Positions 1 to 9,179 are shown, counted from the stretch's first letter. The stretch is 53,719 nt of DNA from Parcubacteria group bacterium (GCA_028286525.1 JAQBRL010000021.1:1-53719), one strand, 5' to 3'. Translations and numbers: made by a program. Notes: a model not told the origin generated them from the sequence alone.

Positions 1-10
1 AGGTCGCCGC

Positions 11-808
11 TTAGGCGGCCGCGACCCTGGTGGAGCTGTTGGCCAGGCGCCGCTTGTTGGAGCGGAGCATGGTGCCGGCGACGCCGAAGCCCATGATCAT
101 CATGGCCCAGGACGCCGGTTCCGGCACGCCAGCGACCTCGAAGTTGTACTTGGTGCCGTTGGCGATGACGTCGTCGACATGCGCGAGGTAGCTGGACCCC
201 GCGCTGCTGCCGACACCGACGTAGAAGCCCCCCACGATGTCGTTGCTGAGACTGGGATTGGCGCCCAGCCAGCTCGAAATCGACATCGCGTGGTTCACAT
301 TGTTCTCGCTCTTCAGGTAGAAGAAGGAGTTCGAGTCGGTGACGTTCAGGCTGCCGATCGCGCCTTCGGAGGAGTAGCCGCCGGGCTGATAGGCGGCTTC
401 ATAGACGAGCTCGTCCTTGACCACGCCGTTCCAGAAGACCAGGCGAAGGGCGGGCGAGTACTTCGGGTCCAGCGCGCTGACCGACGTGGGGTCGATCTCG
501 TAGCTGAAGCTGAGGTCCGCGAACTGGCTCACCGTGCCCAGGTTGTTGCCGAAGACAGTCGGGTTGCCGAAGAGGCCGATCAGGCCGCCGTAGGCGACCC
601 GGCTGCGATCGCCGGTCACGGCCATGGAGCCGTTGCCGTCGATGGGCGTGGCGGTAATCGTCGCCGAACCGCCGCCGGTGTTCTCGCTGGGCGGACTGCT
701 CCAGCCTTGCGAGCCATCGAGGGTCGTCACCGTGACGGTGTTGGCTTGCGCCGCGCTGCCGAAGATCATCGTTGCCGCGATCGCGGCCGCAAAGAGAGTG
801 GTTTTCAA
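11..808 (-). CDS. Secreted protein with PEPxxWA-CTERM (PEP-CTERM type) sorting signal
   Basis: 265-aa ORF. Signal peptide MKTTLFAAAIAATMIFGSAAQA. C-terminus VPEPASWAMMIMGFGVAGTMLRSNKRR is a PEP motif, TM helix and basic tail. TTG start 8 nt after GAAGGGG SD. Very GC-rich. Confidence 0.8.
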   Translation of the reverse strand: MKTTLFAAAIAATMIFGSAAQANTVTVTTLDGSQGWSSPPSENTGGGSATITATPIDGNGSMAVTGDRSRVAYGGLIGLFGNPTVFGNNLGTVSQFADLSFSYEIDPTSVSALDPKYSPALRLVFWNGVVKDELVYEAAYQPGGYSSEGAIGSLNVTDSNSFFYLKSENNVNHAMSISSWLGANPSLSNDIVGGFYVGVGSSAGSSYLAHVDDVIANGTKYNFEVAGVPEPASWAMMIMGFGVAGTMLRSNKRRLANSSTRVAAA

Positions 809-1048
809 GGCGATAGCCCCTTCAGTTGCCCGGTGTTTCCAGATATTGGTATCACCGCAGCAAAAAATCCTCGAAACTCAAGGACTTGTGGCTGCGGAAA
901 ACCTATTTCGTAGCTAAAAAGAACTGAAACGTTACTTTAACACGTTATTTAATAGTTGCAAATATGGACGTGCGCTTTTCTCTGCACAGGGTCGCCCCGA
1001 GGAACTTGACGAGGTGCTACTCTAAAGGTATGAGAAAACTCGCATTCC

Positions 1049-1339
1049 ATGCCTGATCCAGAACTCCTGGCGCACGTCACCCGCATGCGGGCTTCCGGCA
1101 TCTCGGAAGAGGAAATACGGCGTACGCTGAGCGCCGACGGCAGGAGCCTGGAGAGCATTAATGGCGCACTTGCGCTCCTGAAGCTGCACGAAGCGCCCCC
1201 GCTGACGCGCGGAAGGCATCTGGACCCGTTGGACGTAGCGGTTCCGAGCACGCGATTGAGCGTCGTCCTCTGCGCCATCGGGACTGCCATCCTTATTGCT
1301 GGTGCATTGGCCTTCGTATATGCCTTTTTCAGGGTCTAG
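1049..1339 (+). CDS. Small membrane-anchored protein; N-domain paralogous to the next gene
   Basis: 96 aa. ELLAHVTRMRASGISEEEIRRTL..INGALALLKL aligns with DLIELVTRKLASGVSEEKVRADL..INGAFAILKL of the 1372 ORF. C-terminal TM helix. Confidence 0.55.
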   Translation: MPDPELLAHVTRMRASGISEEEIRRTLSADGRSLESINGALALLKLHEAPPLTRGRHLDPLDVAVPSTRLSVVLCAIGTAILIAGALAFVYAFFRV

Positions 1340-1371
1340 CCACCGATCCGTGAGAAGCAGGAGCGCATGGT

Positions 1372-3903
1372 ATGCTTGCTCCTATCAAGACGCGCTTCAT
1401 GGCTGATACCGATCTCATTGAACTCGTCACTCGCAAGCTTGCCTCCGGAGTTTCAGAGGAAAAGGTACGCGCGGATCTCATCACCAAGGGATACAGTGCT
1501 GGAGATATAAACGGCGCGTTCGCCATCCTCAAACTCGAGGCGAACCCGCTTACAGCCGGCAAATCCGAATTCGCCTCTCGAATGGAATCCTCCCCACCGC
1601 AAGGGGTGAATTGGTTCGTCGTGATACCGGTGCTGGGCCTTATCCTCATCGCGGGGGCAGCCTATCTGTATCTGCCGCAAATAAAAACATCGGCCTCCAC
1701 TATGCTCGCGCGGTCGCTTGGCACGTCGACTCCGCTTACTAAGGAGCCATTCGTGCCTTTCAATCCGGTACCGACCCAGACCCCGAGCGCCACCGTCGCC
1801 GTCAATACGACTCCTTCCTGGAGCGCACGTCTTTACAGTGCATTTACCGGTACGCCCGCACCTAGCCCAACTGCGCCAACCGGATCGGCTTCTCCTGCAG
1901 CTACGCCTACGACCTCCGGCCAAACCCTAGCCGCCGCTCCTTCGGTATCGCTTTCAGCCGATGCGGTTTCGATACGGGCGGGGCAGACGGTCACGCTTGC
2001 CTGGACTTCGGAGCATGCCAGCAGCTGCGAGTCCACGGGCGGCTTTCCTACGAACGACCGCACGCACGGGAACGCCACGGTTCATCCGGTACTCAGTACC
2101 TCGTATGTCGTTATCTGCACCGGCCCGGGGGGAACGGCAAAAGCCCCGCTATTCATCACGGTGACCCCTGACGTCCCGACACCGACACCGACTCCAGTAC
2201 CTCCAACCGGGCCTTCAAGCGTGAACCTTTCCGTGAACCCTGAATCCGTCCTTTCGGGAGGCAGCCTGACGCTCTCCTGGTCGACCGCTAACATTTCGTC
2301 CTGTACGGCAAGCGGGAATTGGACCGGCACGAAGGAACTTTCCGGCTCGCAAACCTTCACGAACATCACTACCGCTCAGTCCTTCACCCTCACGTGCAAG
2401 GCTCCACTCACTACGATCACTAAAAATATAACGGTACCGGTTACCACTCCGGCCACCGTGCCGCCAAGCCCTCCGCCCTCGCCACCCCCTCCCGCACCGG
2501 TCATCGTGCCGGTACCTCCTGTACCCCCTGGCAGCTACGCGGTATACCCGGGATGCCAAGCACCCGCTACCTCCTATGCCAATACGATATATGTGGACCC
2601 CGCGCATGGAAGCGATACGGGTGACGGCACGCAAGCGACTCCGTACAAGACGCTTGAAACTGTGCTTGCACAGAACAAGCTGAAGACGGACACCCATGTC
2701 GTGATGCTGCCGGGCGACCACGGATTCATCTTCGCTGATAGCTATTCGAACACCACGCTTTCGAATGCATCGAGCGGCTGGGTCTGGCTCGATTTCCAGC
2801 CAGGCGCGACTGCGGACTGGATGGACATACGCAGCATGCATCGCTGGCTCATAACCAACGCCGTGGTAAGTAGAGCACCTGCCGGGCGCACCCTTCTTTC
2901 AATGGGAAGTTCAGGAAATATGGTCATTGCTGATTCGCAGCTCTATACCGCAAAGGATTCTTCGGGATGGACGATAGACCAATGGCTGAATGACGCGAAT
3001 AGCGGTATTTCCGGAGATGATTCGGTGTGCGTTTCCCTATTGCGGAACCGTATTACGAACGTACGCTTCGGCATCGCCGTATTCAGCCGAGTGAATTCGC
3101 CGACACCATCAGACAACAGCATCAAGGTGCTTATGGAGGGGAACGTCATCAAGAATTTCTCTGCAGACGGCATACGCCCGAACGGCACCGATATCACTAT
3201 CCACAATAACGGCATATACGATGCCTATGTCAGCGGCCCGGATGGCGACTGGAATCATGATGACGGGATACAGGGCTTTGCGACCGGCGGAGCGGTGTAC
3301 GGCAATGTCATTATCGATCACAACTGGGTGCAGGAAAGCACGGGCGGTCCGAATCGCGCACTCTATTCGAGCTTGCAGGGAATCTCTTCCTTCGACGGGG
3401 TGTTTACGGATAGCCGCGTCACGAACAATGTCGTCCTGGTCTCGGCCCCTCATGGCATCTCCTGGTATAACGTCCGCAATTTCACCATCGACCATAACAC
3501 CATCGCGAATATAACGAATAACGGGAACCCCACGTGGGTACTCATGATCAATAGCGATTCCAGCGACGTGGTATCGAATAATACGGGGTCGAGCTTCTCG
3601 GGCGGACCTGGCTCTACCGTTACCCTCATCAATAACGTGGAAGTCCCCGATCCCGCAGCCGTCTACACCACCTTCGATCCTGCGAGCAATCAATACAACT
3701 TCACCCCGAAGCCGGGCTCCATCCTGGATGGCCTCGATGTCGGTGCGCAGCACACGAGTCCGGTTACGCTTAGGACGCCTATACGCGGCTCGGGGACGAC
3801 CCTTCTTGCGTCAGCGGCCGCAGCGCCGGTGAAGCTCGGACTCTGGGCGACCTTCCTCGCGATGATTCACTCGCTCCTGGAAGCGCTGCGTTCGGTTCTT
3901 TAG
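1372..3903 (+). CDS. Large membrane-anchored surface protein (N-domain, TM, P/T linkers, two Ig-like repeats, right-handed beta-helix domain)
   Basis: 843-aa ORF. AGGAG lies 8 nt before the 1372 ATG; an alternative start at 1399 fits the paralog alignment. Two ~70-aa repeats (LSADAVSIRAGQTVTLAWTS.. / LSVNPESVLSGGSLTLSWST..). PPSPPPSPPPP linker. Repetitive NN/IxN beta-helix-like region. Confidence 0.8.
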   Translation: MLAPIKTRFMADTDLIELVTRKLASGVSEEKVRADLITKGYSAGDINGAFAILKLEANPLTAGKSEFASRMESSPPQGVNWFVVIPVLGLILIAGAAYLYLPQIKTSASTMLARSLGTSTPLTKEPFVPFNPVPTQTPSATVAVNTTPSWSARLYSAFTGTPAPSPTAPTGSASPAATPTTSGQTLAAAPSVSLSADAVSIRAGQTVTLAWTSEHASSCESTGGFPTNDRTHGNATVHPVLSTSYVVICTGPGGTAKAPLFITVTPDVPTPTPTPVPPTGPSSVNLSVNPESVLSGGSLTLSWSTANISSCTASGNWTGTKELSGSQTFTNITTAQSFTLTCKAPLTTITKNITVPVTTPATVPPSPPPSPPPPAPVIVPVPPVPPGSYAVYPGCQAPATSYANTIYVDPAHGSDTGDGTQATPYKTLETVLAQNKLKTDTHVVMLPGDHGFIFADSYSNTTLSNASSGWVWLDFQPGATADWMDIRSMHRWLITNAVVSRAPAGRTLLSMGSSGNMVIADSQLYTAKDSSGWTIDQWLNDANSGISGDDSVCVSLLRNRITNVRFGIAVFSRVNSPTPSDNSIKVLMEGNVIKNFSADGIRPNGTDITIHNNGIYDAYVSGPDGDWNHDDGIQGFATGGAVYGNVIIDHNWVQESTGGPNRALYSSLQGISSFDGVFTDSRVTNNVVLVSAPHGISWYNVRNFTIDHNTIANITNNGNPTWVLMINSDSSDVVSNNTGSSFSGGPGSTVTLINNVEVPDPAAVYTTFDPASNQYNFTPKPGSILDGLDVGAQHTSPVTLRTPIRGSGTTLLASAAAAPVKLGLWATFLAMIHSLLEALRSVL

Positions 3904-4136
3904 CGTGCTGCCGCCGCAATGCGGGCGGGAAGCCAGTCCATCACTTTCTTGCGATGAACATCGAGCGACCAATCCTCGGTCTTGAAGAAAGACGCGTGGG
4001 TCTCCTTGAACTCCTCGAGGAGCGCTTTAGAAGCACGCGGAAAGGTGACCGGAAGATCGGCGTTATAGATTTTGAGGAAATCAGCGAGTGAGCAGGGCTT
4101 TTCGCTGCGCAGTCTATCGAGATCAGGAAGTTTCAT
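3900..4136 (-). CDS. Hypothetical protein (78 aa)
   Basis: ORF track 3900..4154. The internal ATG at 4136 is preceded by TATTAT plus 8 nt (leaderless-type pattern). No recognisable family. Confidence 0.5.
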   Translation of the reverse strand: MKLPDLDRLRSEKPCSLADFLKIYNADLPVTFPRASKALLEEFKETHASFFKTEDWSLDVHRKKVMDWLPARIAAAAR

Positions 4137-4202
4137 TCCTTTTGATAATACCACGAAGTTCGAAAGCTGTCAGCTCTCGCGGGGTGGGTCCCCGTACGGG
4201 GC

Positions 4203-4325
4203 TTAATTATCCTTCTTTCCGACCTTGGCAGCGAGCATGACACGCTTGGCAGCGCGGCGCTTCGCGGTCTTGCGCGTGCGGTTGGGGTTGTTCTTGGAGC
4301 TGACTCCGTGGCCGTTCTTTACCAT
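4203..4325 (-). CDS. Small basic protein, 40 aa (below the ORF-track cutoff)
   Basis: Own translation: MVKNGHGVSSKNNPNRTRKTAKRRAAKRVMLAAKVGKKDN. CCCCGTACGGGG hairpin just downstream. No clear SD. Confidence 0.3.
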   Translation of the reverse strand: MVKNGHGVSSKNNPNRTRKTAKRRAAKRVMLAAKVGKKDN

Positions 4326-4517
4326 AACGAAATATTACTTGTTCCCCGTAGAGTACTACGCAATGGCCGAAAAAGCCCGTCCCGCTTTATATCCATACGG
4401 GAGTGCCGTCTCGTATGCGGCGGGGGAGCGGTATACTTTTATCTATAGATCATGCACACCCTCCGTACCCTTTCCTCTGCTCCCTGCTAGTGATGAACGC
4501 TGCGGCATACCTCTATC

Positions 4518-5003
4518 GTGTTTTTCTTACTTAAAATAGTCCTCCTCGTTCTTGTCACGATAGGATCGATCCTCATGATCCGTACCTCGCAGGTGCTGTG
4601 GACCCATGACGAGGACCGATTCCTCTCCGGCACGGCCGCTCATCTTCCGGATGGCCTGTATGCGGGTTCCCTCGCGGGGCCGAGCGGTACCTGGAAAGGA
4701 AAGCGCTTCGACCGGGAAGCGCATAGGGGAGTGAATATCTTCGCTACGCCAAGCGGACTCGATGCGGAAAAATATCCGTTCACCGTTTCGGTGGGTCCGG
4801 GTACGCATGATTCGATCTCGGTGATACGGATCGACTACAATGTCGCGGCCAACCCCTTCTGGCTGCGTCCCGTGCTCGATGAGATCGTGGAAGTCGCGCC
4901 GGGCCAGTATCTGGGGAAATTGGAGCTCCGGGTGCTGCCGGGCTATCCCTTTACGCTTCTATTCTTCAATCTTTCCGCTACGACTAACGGAGTTCGCGCA
5001 TAA
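4518..5003 (+). CDS. Membrane-anchored protein, GXWXG/DUF4334-like
   Basis: 161 aa. N-terminal TM helix. GTWKGKRF..GVN resembles the GXWXG motif family as recalled. GTG start. Confidence 0.5.
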   Translation: MFFLLKIVLLVLVTIGSILMIRTSQVLWTHDEDRFLSGTAAHLPDGLYAGSLAGPSGTWKGKRFDREAHRGVNIFATPSGLDAEKYPFTVSVGPGTHDSISVIRIDYNVAANPFWLRPVLDEIVEVAPGQYLGKLELRVLPGYPFTLLFFNLSATTNGVRA

Positions 5004-5862
5004 GCGTCGCTAACTCGCCTTTGTCGCGTGCAAGTTCCGCGTTCAAGGCGCTTTTCTTCCGAGCGTGCTCCGCTTTGCGCGCGGTTGCCGCGCGACCCTG
5101 ATCGCTCCGAGTCCTCTCATCCTGCAGTTCGGAGTGTTCTTGCGCGCGCGCGGTTTCAAGTTCGTGCGTATGCGCAGCAAGCTCGCTTGCGAGCGTTCGT
5201 TCCTCTTCCTTCAGTCGCCGGGCTTTTTCCGTGAGTTCCTGTACGGTCTCTTCCTCGGTGCGTACTGCGTTCGTGCCGCCCTTGGCCCGAACCTCGGCAA
5301 GCTCGCGCTCGGTCGTTTCGAGGTCATGCGTGAGCGTCTGCAGACGTGCCTTCTTCTGCTCGAGCTGGCGTTCCAGCTCGTCGATGCTGCGGGTGAGGGT
5401 GCTCGCTTCCGCGCGTTCCTGCGCAAGCGTCGCGGTCGTTTCGCTCACGGTACGAGTGGCGTTCGCGCCCGCCTGGCGGCTCTCTTCGAGGCGTCGCGCG
5501 TGCGAGCGCAGCTCGGTGTCGGTAGTTTGCTCGTCGGTCTCCGTACGCTTGAGCTTGAGTGTGACTTCTCGAATGAGACGCTCGAGCGCAGAGACTTTAG
5601 TACCGGTACCGCGCGCGGAAGGGGCGCGAGACGCTCGTACGACGCGCTCAAGATGGCTCTCCTCGAGTTCGATGGCTCCGAGCGCGCGCTCCTTGATGCG
5701 GATGCGCTCCTCGACCTGACGGATCTTCACCTGGACGGCATTCTTTCGCTGCCGCTCCCGTTCCGCTTTCTGGCGTCCTTGCTCTTCGATCGCGAGTTTG
5801 GTCTCCCGTTTCGCCTCGTCGCGCAGTCGCGCGGTGTCATCCTGGAGGGGGTTATAGGCCAT
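4984..5862 (-). CDS. Coiled-coil protein (E/R/K/A/L/T-rich)
   Basis: 292 aa with heptad-like charged composition throughout. CATACT lies 7 nt upstream of the ATG. The long + strand ORF opposite looks like a GC shadow. Confidence 0.65.
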   Translation of the reverse strand: MAYNPLQDDTARLRDEAKRETKLAIEEQGRQKAERERQRKNAVQVKIRQVEERIRIKERALGAIELEESHLERVVRASRAPSARGTGTKVSALERLIREVTLKLKRTETDEQTTDTELRSHARRLEESRQAGANATRTVSETTATLAQERAEASTLTRSIDELERQLEQKKARLQTLTHDLETTERELAEVRAKGGTNAVRTEEETVQELTEKARRLKEEERTLASELAAHTHELETARAQEHSELQDERTRSDQGRAATARKAEHARKKSALNAELARDKGELATLMRELR

Positions 5863-5962
5863 ACGAATAAGTATGAATCACCCTGGCTGCGGAGGGAAGT
5901 CCCGAACCGGCGATTACCAGCATGGGGAGAGGAATGCATCCAGCGAGTGATACAGTGTCGCC

Positions 5963-6547
5963 ATGGACCCGACAGACCAAGAGGCCGTCGCGGCGACGCT
6001 CGCGGATCGCCACTCGTTCTCGCTCCTCGTGGAGCGCTATCAACTGCCGCTCTCGCGGTACGTCGCGCGGCTCGGGAACCTCGATCCCGATACGGTAAAA
6101 GACATCCTGCAAGAAGCGTTCATCAAGACGTACCTGAATCTGAATGATTACGACCCCGCCCTGCCGTTCAGTTCGTGGCTCTATCGCATCGCGCACAACG
6201 AGACCATGATGCATTTCCGCCGGCAGAAGAGCCGCCCGCAGGTGCTGAAGCATGAAAGCGACATGACCCTCTTCGAACAGATCCCCGACGAACTGAATAT
6301 CTTCGAGGAAGGGGACGCGCGGCTGCGGGGCGAGCGGATACAGCGTGCGCTCCAGGACCTCAAGCCGCAGCATCGCGATGTCCTTATCCTCAGGTTCTTC
6401 GAGGATAAGAGTTACGAGGAAATATCGGACATCCTCCGTATCCCGCAGGGTACGGTGGCGACGCACCTCGCGCGCGGCAAAACCGCCCTGGAACGGCGTT
6501 TACGCCAAGAACATATACGCGACGTATACTATGGAAACGATGGATGA
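5963..6547 (+). CDS. ECF-type RNA polymerase sigma factor
   Basis: Region 2 (DILQEAFIKTY..FSSWLYRIAHNE) and region 4 HTH (SYEEISDILRIPQGTVATHLARGKTAL). TACAGT lies 6 nt before the ATG. Confidence 0.9.
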   Translation: MDPTDQEAVAATLADRHSFSLLVERYQLPLSRYVARLGNLDPDTVKDILQEAFIKTYLNLNDYDPALPFSSWLYRIAHNETMMHFRRQKSRPQVLKHESDMTLFEQIPDELNIFEEGDARLRGERIQRALQDLKPQHRDVLILRFFEDKSYEEISDILRIPQGTVATHLARGKTALERRLRQEHIRDVYYGNDG

Positions 6548-7019
6548 TTTCTCGAAGCGGGTAGTGACGGAGATAGAGGCGCGCGGCGTGCTCCCGCGTT
6601 CGCGCTCGCATTTCCTTATCCAGAGGTCCGTATTCTGGACGCTTGCGATGCTTTCGGTGCTCGTGGGCGCGGTAGCGCTCTCGGTGGCCGATTATGTCTT
6701 CTTCGATAACGAAGGAGTGAGCGCGGCCATCATTCTCGAGTCGCCGGTGGAAGGCTTCATCCAAACGATCCCGTTCGTGTGGCTGCTTGTGTTCGGGCTC
6801 TTTGGCATAAGCGCCTATCTTAGCTTCCGTCACACGCAGACCGGATACCGGTATCGCGCCCTCGCCATCGTAGCGACGCTCGTCGTGGTCACGGTGGTGC
6901 TTGCGCTCCTCCTGAACACGTTCGATTTCGGCCAAGGAGTGCATTACTACTTGCTCAATCATACGAGTCTCTACGATGCCCTTATTCATTCGAGCGATGA
7001 CGTGCGCATTCCGTTCTGA
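6531..7019 (+). CDS. Putative anti-sigma factor / polytopic membrane protein
   Basis: Start METMDDFSKR overlaps the sigma stop codon, suggesting translational coupling. Several TM helices. Assignment is by position only. Confidence 0.55.
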   Translation: METMDDFSKRVVTEIEARGVLPRSRSHFLIQRSVFWTLAMLSVLVGAVALSVADYVFFDNEGVSAAIILESPVEGFIQTIPFVWLLVFGLFGISAYLSFRHTQTGYRYRALAIVATLVVVTVVLALLLNTFDFGQGVHYYLLNHTSLYDALIHSSDDVRIPF

Positions 7020-7083
7020 AAGGAAATGCCCTCGAACCGCATAGTAGAGGGGAAGGCAATTCAGCCTTCTTAGTACATACCAC

Positions 7084-7356
7084 ATGAATAAAAAGCTAGG
7101 TTTGGCCGTACTCGCAGGCCTCCCGCTCGCTCTTGTGGGCATGGCTGCGAGCGTCGCGCTTGCCGCTCCCGCCCCGCAAGCAACGACATCCGCTCCCGCG
7201 CAAACCGTAGCAGCGACTGCTGACACGGATACCGAGACCAATGACGACACGTCCGTTTCAGGTACCGCGTCCGCAAGTGCTGACACGGATACGACTGAAA
7301 CGCAGGACGATGCTACTGGTGCCCAGGAAGCTCCTGGTACCGAACAGGCAGATTAA
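7084..7356 (+). CDS. Secreted acidic Thr/Asp-rich protein
   Basis: 90 aa. Signal peptide MNKKLGLAVLAGLPLALVGMAASVALA, then a low-complexity TADTDTET region. Confidence 0.5.
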   Translation: MNKKLGLAVLAGLPLALVGMAASVALAAPAPQATTSAPAQTVAATADTDTETNDDTSVSGTASASADTDTTETQDDATGAQEAPGTEQAD

Positions 7357-7419
7357 TAGATCGGATACACGCACCGGCACTCCCGGTGTGTGTATCCATA
7401 CCCTCTAGTCCTGAATCAT

Positions 7420-8247
7420 ATGACGCCCGCACTGTCTGCAGATGAGCGCACCCAGAAATTTACGAAGATGCTGAGCAAGGTGCCGGAGGTAACCTTCTAC
7501 TTCTGGATGATCAAAGTGCTGTGCACCACGGTAGGAGAGACCGCAGCGGACTATCTCGCCACTACCCTTAATTTCGGGCTTACCGTCACCACGCTCATCA
7601 CTGCCGGGCTTCTTGCCATCGTCCTGTTCGTTCAGTTCAGGGCTCGTCGGTATGTGCCGGGGATCTATTGGCTCGCCGTCGTGCTCATTAGCGTTGTCGG
7701 CACGCAGATCACGGACAATCTCGTCGATAATTTCGGGGTGCCGCTCGAGGTTACGACGATCATATTCGCCCTCATCCTCGCAGGCGTATTTTTCTGGTGG
7801 TATCGCGTCGAACGCACGCTTTCCATACATTCCATACTTACCACCAGGCGCGAGGCGTTCTATTGGCTCGCCATCCTCTTCACGTTCGCGCTCGGCACGT
7901 CCGCGGGCGACCTCGCGGCAGAGAGCCTGAATCTCGGGTACCTCGTGTCCGCGCTCATATTCGCCGCTCTTATCGGTGTCACGGCTACCTTCCACTATGC
8001 GGGAAAGGCGATGAATGCATCGAAGCATCTCGCGGAATCCGCGAACACGGTCGCTGCGTTCTGGATAGCTTACATCCTGACGCGTCCTTTGGGCGCCTCG
8101 ATAGGCGATTACCTATCGCAGGCACCCGCTGACGGGGGACTCGGACTCGGTACTACGCTCACGAGTATTGTTTTCCTTGCGGCCATACTCGCGCTCGTCG
8201 TCTATCTCACGGTGACCAAGCGCGACACGATACGCACCCCGCGGTAG
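7420..8247 (+). CDS. Polytopic membrane protein (COG4705-like, repeated GET.AD motifs)
   Basis: VPEVTFYFWMIKVLCTTVGETAADYL and a later TSAGDLAAESL repeat. About 8 TM segments. Start chosen at MTPALSADE. Confidence 0.6.
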   Translation: MTPALSADERTQKFTKMLSKVPEVTFYFWMIKVLCTTVGETAADYLATTLNFGLTVTTLITAGLLAIVLFVQFRARRYVPGIYWLAVVLISVVGTQITDNLVDNFGVPLEVTTIIFALILAGVFFWWYRVERTLSIHSILTTRREAFYWLAILFTFALGTSAGDLAAESLNLGYLVSALIFAALIGVTATFHYAGKAMNASKHLAESANTVAAFWIAYILTRPLGASIGDYLSQAPADGGLGLGTTLTSIVFLAAILALVVYLTVTKRDTIRTPR

Positions 8248-8273
8248 TAGCGAAGGCCAGGAATGCCTACGGG

Positions 8274-8654
8274 TCATCTGCCGGCAACGCGGAAATTCAA
8301 ATAGAGATTCATAAGATAGTTCCAGCTTCCTTCCACGAGCGCGATGAGGATGCGGCTGACGAGGTAATTAAGAAGGAATACCTGCACGAGTATCCATATG
8401 GATACGGTCACCATCAGAAGGCCTACTCCGGCAATGATGAGAAAATATACGTATCCGAGACCCAAGGAGCGTTCTGAGCCGATGAAGACGAAGTGCCTGC
8501 TGAGCACGTAATTGGTCGTCGTCGCCACGATGAATGCGAACCCGGCAGCAAGTACGTATTGGACGTGGAAAATCTGCACCAGCAGGGTAAGGAGCCCGAG
8601 GTCAAAGAGAAAGGTGGGCAACGTCACCGCAATGTATTTCAGAAGCCGCGCCAT
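8274..8654 (-). CDS. GtrA-family membrane protein
   Basis: 126 aa with 4 TM helices and a typical GtrA-like layout (..NYVLSRHFVF..). TATAGT lies 6 nt upstream of the ATG. Confidence 0.75.
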   Translation of the reverse strand: MARLLKYIAVTLPTFLFDLGLLTLLVQIFHVQYVLAAGFAFIVATTTNYVLSRHFVFIGSERSLGLGYVYFLIIAGVGLLMVTVSIWILVQVFLLNYLVSRILIALVEGSWNYLMNLYLNFRVAGR

Positions 8655-8785
8655 GGGTGAACTATAGGTGAGATCCGCGTATCTATCTAGTTCGTGCGCA
8701 TGCTCGCTCCAGTACCCCGAAAAAAGAAGCTCTTGTTGCTAGCAGATATGCAGAGGTCCCCAGGATCGGGGACCTCGCGGTGAAA

Positions 8786-9025
8786 TCAATTGTTCACAGC
8801 CTTGAGCTTGAACGGCTCCAGCTTTTTGTTGATGCAGGCATAGAGCGCAGCTTGCGATGAACCCGCCTTCATTTCGGCAGAGCAGGTTTTCCATGCCTCC
8901 GCGAACTTTTCCTGGGCCTCTTTGGGGCCGAGGGAGCCGGTGTTCAAGACTTGGAGTTCAGCAGCTGCGCTTGTCGAGAGCAGGGAAAGCACCGCCGCGA
9001 ACATTGCCGCCCGTTTGTACTTCAT
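8786..9025 (-). CDS. Small secreted protein (2 Cys), GC-rich orphan
   Basis: MKYKRAAMFAAVLSLLSTSAAA signal peptide. AAGGAG lies 6 nt before the ATG at 9025. GAGGTCCCC..GGGGACCTC hairpin downstream. Confidence 0.6.
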   Translation of the reverse strand: MKYKRAAMFAAVLSLLSTSAAAELQVLNTGSLGPKEAQEKFAEAWKTCSAEMKAGSSQAALYACINKKLEPFKLKAVNN

Positions 9026-9179
9026 CTTCAACTCCTTGTCTCATTCCTCTCATCAGTAAATACCTCGCAAAGCCGATGTCAAATGCGTTGCTGGCTAGAG
9101 CATGTTCGAACCTGGCTCGTATAAGAAGACCGCCACGTCTGGGGACGTGGCGGTCTGAAGAACGGCGGGGAAGTAAGTA

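Noticed and set aside
5065-6147. 360-aa + strand ORF
   Set aside because: It is antisense to the coiled-coil gene and runs across the sigma promoter. Its R/L/A-rich low-complexity composition is typical of a high-GC shadow frame, and it has no motifs.
6390-7286. 298-aa minus-strand ORF
   Set aside because: It lies opposite the sigma-coupled membrane protein and the secreted acidic protein. It has no start context or motifs.
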